Source of the DNA: Lama guanicoe | Taxonomy: Eukaryota | Assembly (NCBI GenBank): GCA_013239625.1 | Contig: MU054323.1 | Span: forward strand, 6,003,220 to 6,067,219 | Direction: 5' to 3' | Length of the DNA stretch: 64,000 nt | Part shown: one piece after another, positions 26,003 to 37,300 of the stretch | Layout of the letters: the number at the start of each line of letters is the position of its first letter | Numbering within the stretch: position 1 is the stretch's first letter | Notes under the pieces: generated by a model | Seen by the model: only the letters and a program-made list of their open reading frames with translations | What the model was told of the DNA's origin: nothing | Database searches by the model: none | Translations under genes and position numbers: made by a program

Positions 26003-26520
26003 CACTAATAAACAAATATTTATTTAGCACCTACTGTGTGCCTAATCAGAACAAACGTCGCTACCTTTGTGGGGCTTTCATGCTAATGGGTAGAGACAGA
26101 TCACAGAATGAAGAAGTAAATGTCAGATGGTGAAAAGTGCTCCAGAGAAGTAAAGCAGAGCAGGAAGTCAGAGGTACCAGGGTGGAGAGGGAGGTGTGCT
26201 GCCATTTTAAGAGCCTGTTGAAGGCGGGAGGGTATAGCTCAGTGGTGGAGTGCGTGCCTAGCATGCACAAGGTCCGGGGTTCAATCCCCAGTACCTCCAT
26301 TAAAATAAATGAATAAACCTAATTACCTCCCCCCCCCCAGAAAAAAATTAAAATAAATAATAAATAAAAGCCTATTTTAGGTGACCTTTGGGCAAAGACC
26401 TGAAGAAGGTGGGTGGGGACCCACATGTGTGTCTGGGCAGGAGCATTCCAGGTAGAAGGATGAAAAAGTGCTGAGACCCCAAGAGAAGAGTGTGCCTAGC
26501 CTGTGCAGGGACCATGAGAG
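26003..26520 (-). mobile_element. L2 3' end (antisense) interrupted by a SINE; duplicate at ~30319-30836
   Basis: AACAAATATTTATTTAGCACCTACTGTGTGCC...GCTTTCATGCTAATGGG, resuming after the SINE as AGGTGACCTTTGGGCAAAGACCTGAAG...GAGCATTCCAGGTAGA. Confidence 0.75.
26223..26369 (+). mobile_element. tRNA-Ala-derived camelid SINE (Vic-1-like)
   Basis: Head GGGAGGGTATAGCTCAGTGG...TAGCATGCAC...GGTTCAATCCCCAGTACCTCCA with A box 26235-26245 and B box 26278-26288. Then AAATAAATGAATAAACCTAATTACCTC-C-run and an A-rich tail. Degenerate TSD AAGAGCCTGTT/AAAAGCCTATT. Confidence 0.88.
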
Positions 26521-26866
26521 AGGTCGCTGCCTGTGAGGCATTTGAACTGGACCCCTCTGGCCACCTCGTGAGGGAGGGGGAGAAAGGGCCAGGGCAGAGC
26601 CAGTTCTCCCTTACCCCCCACAGCTGATGGCTGATCGCCGTCCATCTACATGTTAAAGTATCCTTGTCATCTGTCCCCTGAGCTACGTGGCCTTCTCAGT
26701 GCAGGTTCATCTCAGCCTTTGCCCTTCCTCTTCCTGAAGTGCTCCTCCTGCCCCTCCCACCTGAGGAACGTTCACTTATCTCCCAAAACCCAGCCCTGTC
26801 GTCTCCTCGCTGGAGTCTTTTCCTGGCAGCTCTCCCACACCTGAAAGAGGGACTGACCTCCCCCAC

Positions 26867-26888
26867 CCTCTCTCTCTCTCTCTCTCTC
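26867..26888. repeat. (CT)n microsatellite; duplicate at ~31183-31204
   Basis: CTCTCTCTCTCTCTCTCTCTC read directly. Confidence 0.85.
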
Positions 26889-28604
26889 CTGAGTCTGAGA
26901 AGTGAAGACTCCTGACTGTCCCCCAGACTCCTTCCCCAGCACCTGCCCGCTCCAGCCTCAGAGCTGTTCTTGGGCCATTGCGCTGGGCGCACGGAAGGTT
27001 TTCAGGAACTGTTGGCTGAATGAGTGGGTGTTTCTGGAGCACCTAGCCCTTGCTCACCTACTGCTGTGGGAGGAGAGAAGTTAGGGTAGCCCCCTGGGGA
27101 GAGGGTCGTCCTTATTGGGAACAGCTGGCCTGTGGCAGCCATGGCTTCACAAAAGGGACACAGCCAGGAGCTCAGGAGGGTGTTAGAATCCCGGGGCATT
27201 AGGCTGCATGACGGCAGCTCTAGGAGGCAGAGTAGGAATTGGGGGAGGGGTGGTCTTTAGTCCCAGGGGAATTGATTCCCACGTCGAACCCCATGCTGCC
27301 CACCCAAGGCTCCGTATCACCTTGACCCAAAGACCCAAGAGTCCTGGAAGCTTAGCCCAGTCATCTCTGAACTCAACCTCTGGGAGCTGCCATGGGCATC
27401 CCAGGGCAGCTCGGCTGCACAGGCACATTCTGACCTGGGGGACAGGGCAGGGGCTGGAAGGTGAGCCCTCTGCCCAGGAAAGGGCTTAGGTTCCATGTGG
27501 CGACAGGCCCAAGGCCTCTTGAGGAGCACAGAGATCTGTTCAGGGTCCTGCCGGGCCAACTGCTGGTGTGCCTCGAGGTCAGCCCCTGTTTTGGGGTCAC
27601 ATAGACATTTTAGCAGGAATAGTCAGTCCCCTTTCCAGAGGGGGCATGCCAGGGGTGTTAGCTTATCTACCCACAAAAGAGGGAAAAACAAGAGCTCGAG
27701 GTGACCTTGCTCCTTCTCAGGGAGCCAAGAGGAGAAGATTCTTCACAAATCTGTTGGGAGAAAGGAACCATCTTCTGGCCCCCAAAGGAGTTTGTGTGGG
27801 AACCGTCCTGACTTTCTGCATCTTCTGGTCCCTCCCTGTTGGCACACTGGTCCTGGGCTTTATACCTGACCTAGAAACTTCTGTAAGCAAAACTTTTACC
27901 ATTTGGTTTTTGTAGGTTTTTTCAAAGGCTGTTTTCCCCACTCCCCTACTGGTCCTCCCAGAGGCCTTCTCTGCTCAACAGCTGTGTTTTCTTTGTCTTT
28001 GTGTCCGTTATGAGGTCACGGAGACACAAGCAAGCAGGGATGAGAGGGGATTTTCACACCCTGGTTGAATTGGACTGGGCCACACGTGTCCTGTGTGAGG
28101 GAGGGGCTCCCCTTGGCAGGAATGGAGGGCATCTCAGTTACCAGGGTGCCTGGTCTGGTAGCTGTCCACAGTTCAGTGATTTCTAATGTCTGAGATTCAA
28201 AAGTAGAGAAAATCTGTCATTCATCCCAATGTTTTGTTTACAAAGCCTGGATGGTTTAGAACCATTGACACTGAAGGATTTAGGTTGGATTTTCCTCTTC
28301 TCTTCCACCTGGAAGAGTGAGTGGTTCGTCATATCAAGAGAGTGAACTGGGGGGTCTGTGTTGAATAGATCCAGAGGCCTTTCACTCTCCTGCGGCCCCA
28401 TCTCCCCAAGATGCTGGTGATTCTGGGCTGTCTGGGATAGCAGGGCGTGTGGGTTCCTCTTTCCCATGGGGCAGCCTCTCTACCACTCTTTTGGGGCAGC
28501 AATGATCCCTCAGGGGACGTGGAGTCAGGACCAGGGTCCTGCTTTACTGGGCAGGTCTAATGAGCCTTCCTTTCTGACTCCTTCCTCCCCACTGAGAGCT
28601 CCCC

Positions 28605-28780
28605 AGTTACACAGCAGCACCAGCCTGGAGCTGGATTCTGCCCCTTACCCTGCCGCTCACTTCATGTGAGCTCTTGTGCCTCACTTTCCCTACCTGTCAC
28701 TCTGGAATAACCATCCCTGCCCTGCCCACCTCACTAGGTAGTTAGGAGCCTGAAATGAGACGCTGGGTGTGGCAGGCCTT
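28605..28780 (+). mobile_element. Degenerate MIR; duplicate at ~32921-33096
   Basis: GCCTCACTTTCCCTACCTGTCA...CCTGCCCTGCCCACCTCACTAGGTAGTTAGGAG...AAATGAGA. Confidence 0.55.
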
Positions 28781-29339
28781 GAAATGAAAAGGGTATCTCT
28801 CCATTTATCATACAGCAGCGCTTGAAAATTTCTGATTTTTCTGCCTGACATGCTGCCCTGCAGCTTCCTGGGCTGGCCTTATTTGGGGAGCCCAGGAAGC
28901 CGCAGGCTTCATGGACCGAGCAGCAGTTTCATGTTAAAGCTGGGTGATGGGCTGTCGGCGGGGCCGGGGGCAGGGCGGGGGGGGGGCCTGGGCAGCCTTG
29001 TCCACCCACCGAGGACATTAGGGCCTCCCCTGTCCCCGGCTTCAGAAGTTTGGCTGCTGCCAGTGCTTTCCCCGTCAATCACGCTGCTGCTCCCCAACCC
29101 CTGCCTGATCATCACTTCCCATTTCAATGGCAATCTTGCTTCCACCCACGCCCGGCAGAGGCCCAGTTCCTGAGGCGGCCAGGGAGGGGGCTGCGTGGGC
29201 TGCGTTAGCTTTCCTCCTCCAACAGCCTCTAATCTTCTCATCCCCAGGCAGATCCGCTCGGAAATCGCAGGCTGCGTGTGCGTGAGGGCAGCTCTGCCTG
29301 GCCCTGGGCCGAGAGCTCCAGGTACTTGTATCCTCCTTA

Positions 29340-32300
29340 TGCACTGCTGGACAGATAAGGCTACCACATACAGCTGCACGAGCTGTGCACTGAACAACTG
29401 TGGACTTCCATTCTGGGTCCTGCCATATTGTGATAACTTGCAAGAGAACACAGCTGGCATGCTGGGAGAGCCCAGCTGGCTATTTTGAAAGAGGCTGCTC
29501 GAATACTGAGAAATGGAGGAGCTAGCAGAGCCAGAAGGCCCGGTGTTCAAAACTCTCACTTTACACAAAAACAGAGGCCTAGGGAGGGAAGGAACTTGAC
29601 CGAGGTCGCACAGCATCTATGGCAGAGCTAACTGCATGGCTGGGCTCCTGACCCCCAGGCCCCTCCTGCCTCTTGTCACCTTTTCTGTTTGATTCTTCTT
29701 GTATTTTTACCTGCATTGGTATCAGAGAGGGATGCAGCTTTGAAGGGAGATCACATTCTGGAATTTCCCGCCTTCCCAAGCAGCATTCTAAATTGTGAGT
29801 TTTCTCGAAGGCTCTAGGCTGCCTGCTCTGTTTGTTCAGGCTTTGGCCCATGTGTTTTGTCCATTTCACCCTCCCCCTCCAGCTCTTCCCAGATTGTTTC
29901 CTGTAGGTTTTTGGGTTTTATTTTTTGCATCTGCCCCCGCCAAAGTATGTGGGTTGATGTTCAAGATATTAAAACTCGGGAGCCTTTGGAGCAATAAATT
30001 CTATCCAACTCCAGGCGTCCTGCCCAGGCTCTGCGTTCCTCTGCAGACCTATGTGAGGCCCGAGGGTGGCCGAGCCCATGCTAAGACCACCACCCACAGG
30101 GAGGCCGCCTTCCACCCCTACGCTGCAGGGCCACAGCCCAGGTCCAGGCCGCCTAGAACCAGGGGGTCCAAGTACCAGGTCCAAGGACCTGATGTCTTCA
30201 GTGCCCAGACCCGGAGCGAGGCTAGGAGAGTAAACTCCTGAAGTAGCAGCAAATCAAGGCGTCCTTAATTCTGTGGAGAGGGGAGTGGGGCCATCCAGTG
30301 GACACTAACTTATTCTTTCACTAATAAACAAATATTTATTTAGCACCTACTGTGTGCCTAATCAGAACAAACGTCGCTACCTTTGTGGGGCTTTCATGCT
30401 AATGGGTAGAGACAGATCACAGAATGAAGAAGTAAATGTCAGATGGTGAAAAGTGCTCCAGAGAAGTAAAGCAGAGCAGGAAGTCAGAGGTACCAGGGTG
30501 GAGAGGGAGGTGTGCTGCCATTTTAAGAGCCTGTTGAAGGCGGGAGGGTATAGCTCAGTGGTGGAGTGCGTGCCTAGCATGCACAAGGTCCGGGGTTCAA
30601 TCCCCAGTACCTCCATTAAAATAAATGAATAAACCTAATTACCTCCCCCCCCCCAGAAAAAAATTAAAATAAATAATAAATAAAAGCCTATTTTAGGTGA
30701 CCTTTGGGCAAAGACCTGAAGAAGGTGGGTGGGGACCCACATGTGTGTCTGGGCAGGAGCATTCCAGGTAGAAGGATGAAAAAGTGCTGAGACCCCAAGA
30801 GAAGAGTGTGCCTAGCCTGTGCAGGGACCATGAGAGAGGTCGCTGCCTGTGAGGCATTTGAACTGGACCCCTCTGGCCACCTCGTGAGGGAGGGGGAGAA
30901 AGGGCCAGGGCAGAGCCAGTTCTCCCTTACCCCCCACAGCTGATGGCTGATCGCCGTCCATCTACATGTTAAAGTATCCTTGTCATCTGTCCCCTGAGCT
31001 ACGTGGCCTTCTCAGTGCAGGTTCATCTCAGCCTTTGCCCTTCCTCTTCCTGAAGTGCTCCTCCTGCCCCTCCCACCTGAGGAACGTTCACTTATCTCCC
31101 AAAACCCAGCCCTGTCGTCTCCTCGCTGGAGTCTTTTCCTGGCAGCTCTCCCACACCTGAAAGAGGGACTGACCTCCCCCACCCTCTCTCTCTCTCTCTC
31201 TCTCCTGAGTCTGAGAAGTGAAGACTCCTGACTGTCCCCCAGACTCCTTCCCCAGCACCTGCCCGCTCCAGCCTCAGAGCTGTTCTTGGGCCATTGCGCT
31301 GGGCGCACGGAAGGTTTTCAGGAACTGTTGGCTGAATGAGTGGGTGTTTCTGGAGCACCTAGCCCTTGCTCACCTACTGCTGTGGGAGGAGAGAAGTTAG
31401 GGTAGCCCCCTGGGGAGAGGGTCGTCCTTATTGGGAACAGCTGGCCTGTGGCAGCCATGGCTTCACAAAAGGGACACAGCCAGGAGCTCAGGAGGGTGTT
31501 AGAATCCCGGGGCATTAGGCTGCATGACGGCAGCTCTAGGAGGCAGAGTAGGAATTGGGGGAGGGGTGGTCTTTAGTCCCAGGGGAATTGATTCCCACGT
31601 CGAACCCCATGCTGCCCACCCAAGGCTCCGTATCACCTTGACCCAAAGACCCAAGAGTCCTGGAAGCTTAGCCCAGTCATCTCTGAACTCAACCTCTGGG
31701 AGCTGCCATGGGCATCCCAGGGCAGCTCGGCTGCACAGGCACATTCTGACCTGGGGGACAGGGCAGGGGCTGGAAGGTGAGCCCTCTGCCCAGGAAAGGG
31801 CTTAGGTTCCATGTGGCGACAGGCCCAAGGCCTCTTGAGGAGCACAGAGATCTGTTCAGGGTCCTGCCGGGCCAACTGCTGGTGTGCCTCGAGGTCAGCC
31901 CCTGTTTTGGGGTCACATAGACATTTTAGCAGGAATAGTCAGTCCCCTTTCCAGAGGGGGCATGCCAGGGGTGTTAGCTTATCTACCCACAAAAGAGGGA
32001 AAAACAAGAGCTCGAGGTGACCTTGCTCCTTCTCGGGGAGCCAAGAGGAGAAGATTCTTCACAAATCTGTTGGGAGAAAGGAACCATCTTCTGGCCCCCA
32101 AAGGAGTTTGTGTGGGAACCGTCCTGACTTTCTGCATCTTCTGGTCCCTCCCTGTTGGCACACTGGTCCTGGGCTTTATACCTGACCTAGAAACTTCTGT
32201 AAGCAAAACTTTTACCATTTGGTTTTTGTAGGTTTTTTCAAAGGCTGTTTTCCCCACTCCCCTACTGGTCCTCCCAGAGGCCTTCTCTGCTCAACAGCTG

Positions 32301-33307
32301 TGTTTTCTTTGTCTTTGTGTCCGTTATGAGGTCACGGAGACACAAGCAAGCAGGGATGAGAGGGGATTTTCACACCCTGGTTGAATTGGACTGGGCCACA
32401 CGTGTCCTGTGTGAGGGAGGGGCTCCCCTTGGCAGGAATGGAGGGCATCTCAGTTACCAGGGTGCCTGGTCTGGTAGCTGTCCACAGTTCAGTGATTTCT
32501 AATGTCTGAGATTCAAAAGTAGAGAAAATCTGTCATTCATCCCAATGTTTTGTTTACAAAGCCTGGATGGTTTAGAACCATTGACACTGAAGGATTTAGG
32601 TTGGATTTTCCTCTTCTCTTCCACCTGGAAGAGTGAGTGGTTCGTCATATCAAGAGAGTGAACTGGGGGGTCTGTGTTGAATAGATCCAGAGGCCTTTCA
32701 CTCTCCTGCGGCCCCATCTCCCCAAGATGCTGGTGATTCTGGGCTGTCTGGGATAGCAGGGCGTGTGGGTTCCTCTTTCCCATGGGGCAGCCTCTCTACC
32801 ACTCTTTTGGGGCAGCAATGATCCCTCAGGGGACGTGGAGTCAGGACCAGGGTCCTGCTTTACTGGGCAGGTCTAATGAGCCTTCCTTTCTGACTCCTTC
32901 CTCCCCACTGAGAGCTCCCCAGTTACACAGCAGCACCAGCCTGGAGCTGGATTCTGCCCCTTACCCTGCCGCTCACTTCATGTGAGCTCTTGTGCCTCAC
33001 TTTCCCTACCTGTCACTCTGGAATAACCATCCCTGCCCTGCCCACCTCACTAGGTAGTTAGGAGCCTGAAATGAGACGCTGGGTGTGGCAGGCCTTGAAA
33101 TGAAAAGGGTATCTCTCCATTTATCATACAGCAGCGCTTGAAAATTTCTGATTTTTCTGCCTGACATGCTGCCCTGCAGCTTCCTGGGCTGGCCTTATTT
33201 GGGGAGCCCAGGAAGCCGCAGGCTTCATGGACCGAGCAGCAGTTTCATGTTAAAGCCGGGTGCTGGGCTGTCGGCGGGGCCGGGGGCAGGGCGGGGGGGG
33301 GGGGGGC
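29340..33307 (+). repeat. Direct duplication, copy 2 (~3.97 kb)
   Basis: Matches copy 1 except for the differences I saw: A27719/G32035, T28941/C33257, A28947/C33263 and G10 versus G14. Confidence 0.97.
30539..30685 (+). mobile_element. Vic-1-like SINE, duplicate copy
   Basis: Same sequence as 26223-26369 at offset +4316. Confidence 0.88.
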
Positions 33308-36300
33308 AATGCACACCATCTGGAACTGATTGGCATTTTCCTGAAGTCAGAGGCCATCCACAGACTTCCTGCCCGCCTTTTTCAGGCCCTGGAATCATTC
33401 CCACCTGGACCCAGGACCAGGGACTTTTCCCTCCCCCTGGATGATTTGTGCCCCCAACACTCAGGCACTCACCCCCCAGCCAGCCCCAGTGCCATTCTTT
33501 GACCACTCTTTTCATCATCATTTTTCTGTAAACACGTTAAAAATTGCATTTCTGAGTTTCCGTTTTCCACCCCTCCTGCAATTTTCCGGCCTCCCCTGAT
33601 TTCAGCCTCCAGGATTGAAATTCTTTCTCCTGGTCTCCATGAGGAATTGGTGAAACAGAAAAAGCAGGAAATTAATGTCCCAGCCTCAAGGCTCCACACA
33701 GCATTAGATGGAATTAAAGGAGAATAATGAGTCGATACACACACACACTCTGTTGTTCTTTGATTTTCCTTTCAAAATTCATGTAGTGAACGCTTCCTCC
33801 GTCCCACACCGTCTTAAGCTGGGAGACTCGCTAGCGTCCTGAATGAATTTACATACCAAATGGATTTTAATTTTATATTTTCGCTTAAGGTCAGGACATT
33901 TATTTATTATCATTATTTATTACTGAAGCACGAGTGGTTTTAATTATTTTAGTGTTCCTCCTACAAAGCCGGATCGCTGCTAGCTACAGAACATTTTCCG
34001 TTTCCGCTCACATAAATAATATAGTTTTTAATTTCATGAAGATTTAGTATTCGCCTGCTTTGTAAATTAAAGTCATCGTTTACCACAACAGAGACGGAGT
34101 GTTCAGAACATCCTGATGGACTTTCTTGGCATCTCCTTAGGTAATCACTTTTCCCAACTTTGATCATCCTGGGCAGGTACCCAGAAAGAGGGACCCATAG
34201 CCAGGCCGGGAGGGGAGAGCACAGTGGGGCATGAAGAGGGAGGAATTCAGAGAGAGGAAATGAACCCCTTCTTCCACACTGTGTCACTTGCTTTGACACC
34301 TATTACCCCATTTGTGCCCACAAAAGCCTTCCTTCCAAAGCCATGTTTAAGTGTCTGCAATACAGATAAGGAAACTGAGGTTCCTGCACATTTGCTGACT
34401 TATGCAAGGCCACTCAAATCCAGGCGCTAGGTCCAGATCCACATATGTCTGACTCCAAGGCCCAGAGTCACTTTCCCTCCCTCCTGCAAGGACAGACATT
34501 AGTATCCTGGCCTGGGCAGAGGCTGGAGGAGGCTGCGGCCAGCGTGGGTGGGAGCAGAAACAGAAGGAAGATGCAGGATGGATGGAGGGTGAAGCCCACT
34601 GGCCGGGCAGTGGGTGTGAATGTGTGTATCCTGGTGGAGGGGGAGAAGCATCCTCATTGTCTGGGAGGCACAGGCCTCCAGCTGTGCCTGGAGGCATTGT
34701 CCCCAACACACGCCAGAATAATCCATCTGGATACCCTGGAGTTGCTGAGTCGTGGAATCCCCCTCCCCAGTGTCTCTCCCATCCTTCCCACTTTTTCTTT
34801 ACACCTAGATTCTCTCTTGTTCAGGGAGGCTGCTGAGTCAGTAAATTATGAGTTCCCCAATGTAGGGAACATCCCCCATCCGTAACCAGGTCTCCTTGTC
34901 TGTAAACCACTCTCCTGTGCCTCTCCGAGGCCATCCCTGGCCGTCCTTGGTCTGGCTTCATTCTCAGAAGACTTCCCAGGAGGCAGTCAATCAGGAACCA
35001 TTTTCATACTTCGCGTTGTCTGTCACGAGGACATCATTCCACGGCACCAGGTCCATTCTTGCTGCCAGCATAGCCTCTAGAATGAACAGGCTGTTTGGGG
35101 TTGCCATGGAGAAGCTGGGCCCTTCGGTGGTTTGAGCTGTGCTACGTGTAATAGATGGCCCTCGTCCAATAGCGAGGGGAGGGCAGGGTAGCATCCTTAC
35201 AGCCCGGTGCCCTCCCTGGGCGGTCTGTGCCCTCTGCTCGGACCCAGCCAGCCAGCTGCATCCGCGTCTCTTAGGGCTATTAGCAGGTTAAAAACATATT
35301 AAATTTAAATGACACCAGCTTCATTCCACAAGGAGTTTCTTGAGTCCTCGTCCAGACTCTGGCTACAAATCAGCCCCTGCGAGATTCAGTCTCCAGGCAG
35401 AGGGCTTCATGCCCTGGTGGCTGTGTCCCCGGGGAGAAGAAGGAGCCCGTTTAGTAACACCACTCATGTCAGCCCGGAACAGACGGAGTCGCTCGGATGC
35501 GGGCCGTGATTAATCAGGGGCCGTGCCACACTGTCCTTGCGCACAACATGGCTTAAATTTAAGCAGAAAATAGAGCTCTCACTGAGTCATCCTTCTCCAT
35601 AACGGAAGATGAGATTGTGTTAGCGGGAATGCAGCGTGTTAGGGGAAGTCCCCTGCTGAAGCAGGAACATACCTCTTTAGCGCATCTTTAATCCCTCCCC
35701 TGCGAGCATCTCCTTCTAAATGAAGGAGATAGGAAGACTTCCAAACCCAGACAAAGCCATCTCTTACCTAGAACGGTGAAATTCTTTCTTCCATCTCAGA
35801 CACAGGAGGACACAAATAAATAAGAGATGCCCGGTGCATACTTTACCCATTTTTCAGATTTTCTTCCCTCTTACTCATAGCACTAACGTAAGTGGTACTT
35901 CTGGATTGGTACCAGCCAGATAGGTGCCTGGGGACGCAGGAAGTCTCAGGGCTGTGTTTAGAATCAAATAGAGCTAATGGCGAAGTCTCTTCCCACTGAA
36001 AAGGGAAATAAAATAGCTTTCAGAGCTGAATAGTTTGCTGCTTTATGGAGCCGGGGGTGAGGAGGGCTGCTTTTGTTAGATGGGCTTCCCCTGAAATCCA
36101 GACCTGCACATTAGAAAGACATTTTAAGGGGAGGCTTCCTTTTAAAAATGTACAATTAGGCATTTGTTTAGCATTTTCCCTATTTTGTCGGCGAGGAGAT
36201 TGAAGCCTGGAGACCGAGGAACCCGCCTGAAGTCACATGGTCTCCGGGTTGAGGAAGGAGGTATTGTTTGCTCTGCTCAGCACTTGGCCTCAGGGACCCT

Positions 36301-37099
36301 CATTCTGGCTGCACAGGCAGAGCTGGGCAAAGAGAAGGTCAGGGAACAAGATAGGGGCCACGCGCAAATAGGCTCCCGGCTGCAGCAGACATGGTAGCCA
36401 TCCTGAAGGAGGCTGGGCCGGACCGGTCGGTGACAGAGACTGGAAGGGCAGGCCGAGGGGCAGCAGGACGGCTCAGAGGAAACCAGCCTGACAGGAATCG
36501 ACAGTACAGTACCAGGGGAGGATGAGGCTGCATGAGGGAAAAGGGGAGGGAGCAGGGACTCAAATGCCTAGATGAGCGTTTGGCTTGATCTGGGGGGTGG
36601 GGAGGGAAACTGGTCCTGAAATTGGAAATCAAAGCCCTGGACCTCCTCCAGGCTGTGCTGCAAACTTGCTGTGTGGTTTCATCCATCTCTAAAACCAGCA
36701 CCCACAAGGACTTCTCTGGCCCTGATGTGCCGCCAGTCCAGGGCAGGACATGGGCAGGCCTTGTAGATTCTTCAGAAGAGAAGAGACAGGGGCGTCTGTG
36801 GAGCTGCATGCTCTGGGGCCACTCCCCACCCTCCCTCGGAGCCCTGGGCCCTCGTCCCAGGAGGGCTGCTTCTCCCCTGGGCGCTGGGGTGGGGGGCCCT
36901 GGTCTCCTCTGGTCTTACTCCAGGAGTAAGGCGCCTTTTCCATCTGGGCAGCACTTGGTTCTGCAGGACTTGGAGGCGTCAGAAAGGCAGCTGGGCAGCT
37001 CTGCAGGGCGTGGGGGAAGTGGCATCCCATCACGGGGACAATACTAACGAGACTAAGCACTCGCGCGGTGGGTAATAAGAACAATGGTGATGATGGTGG

Positions 37100-37300
37100 G
37101 CATTTATTGACTCTCTGCTGTCTGCCGGGCATGAATAAGTGCCGTGCACACATTTTGCATCATTTCCTGTAAGGCCGGTATTGTGATCCCCATTTGAAGA
37201 CGAAAAAAACTGAGAGGTAGGGAATTTCATTTGCCAAGATCATTTGCAAAGTAAATAACATTCCAAGGTTTTGAACTCAGATTCCTCTGACTCCAAGACA
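37100..37300 (-). mobile_element. MIR SINE (antisense)
   Basis: GCATTTATTGA...ATCCCCATTTGAAGACGAAAAAAACTGAGAG...TTGCCAAGATCA...TTTGAACTCAGATTCCTCTGACTCCAA. Confidence 0.75.

Larger units (their letters stand above)
25024..28987 (+). repeat. Direct duplication, copy 1 (~3.96 kb)
   Basis: Sequence and the whole ORF-track block recur at a constant offset of +4316. Starts TGCACTGCTGGACAGATAAGG and ends after a G10 run. Confidence 0.97.

Noticed and set aside
26226..26299. Apparent tRNA-Ala(AGC) gene (also at ~30542-30615)
   Set aside because: It is followed by a SINE body and A-rich tail, has no adjacent T-run terminator, carries stem mismatches and sits inside an L2 with TSD-like flanks. It is a SINE head.
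28909..29616. 235-aa minus-strand ORF spanning the duplication junction (possible chimeric gene)
   Set aside because: No recognisable domain or promoter evidence. It exists only because the junction joins stop-poor GC-rich sequence, and the junction itself may be artefactual.
25024..33307. Interpretation as an LTR retroelement or composite transposon with 4-kb terminal repeats
   Set aside because: The repeats are ordinary intron containing L2, MIR and a SINE. There is no TG...CA pair, PBS/PPT, flanking TSD or coding interior.
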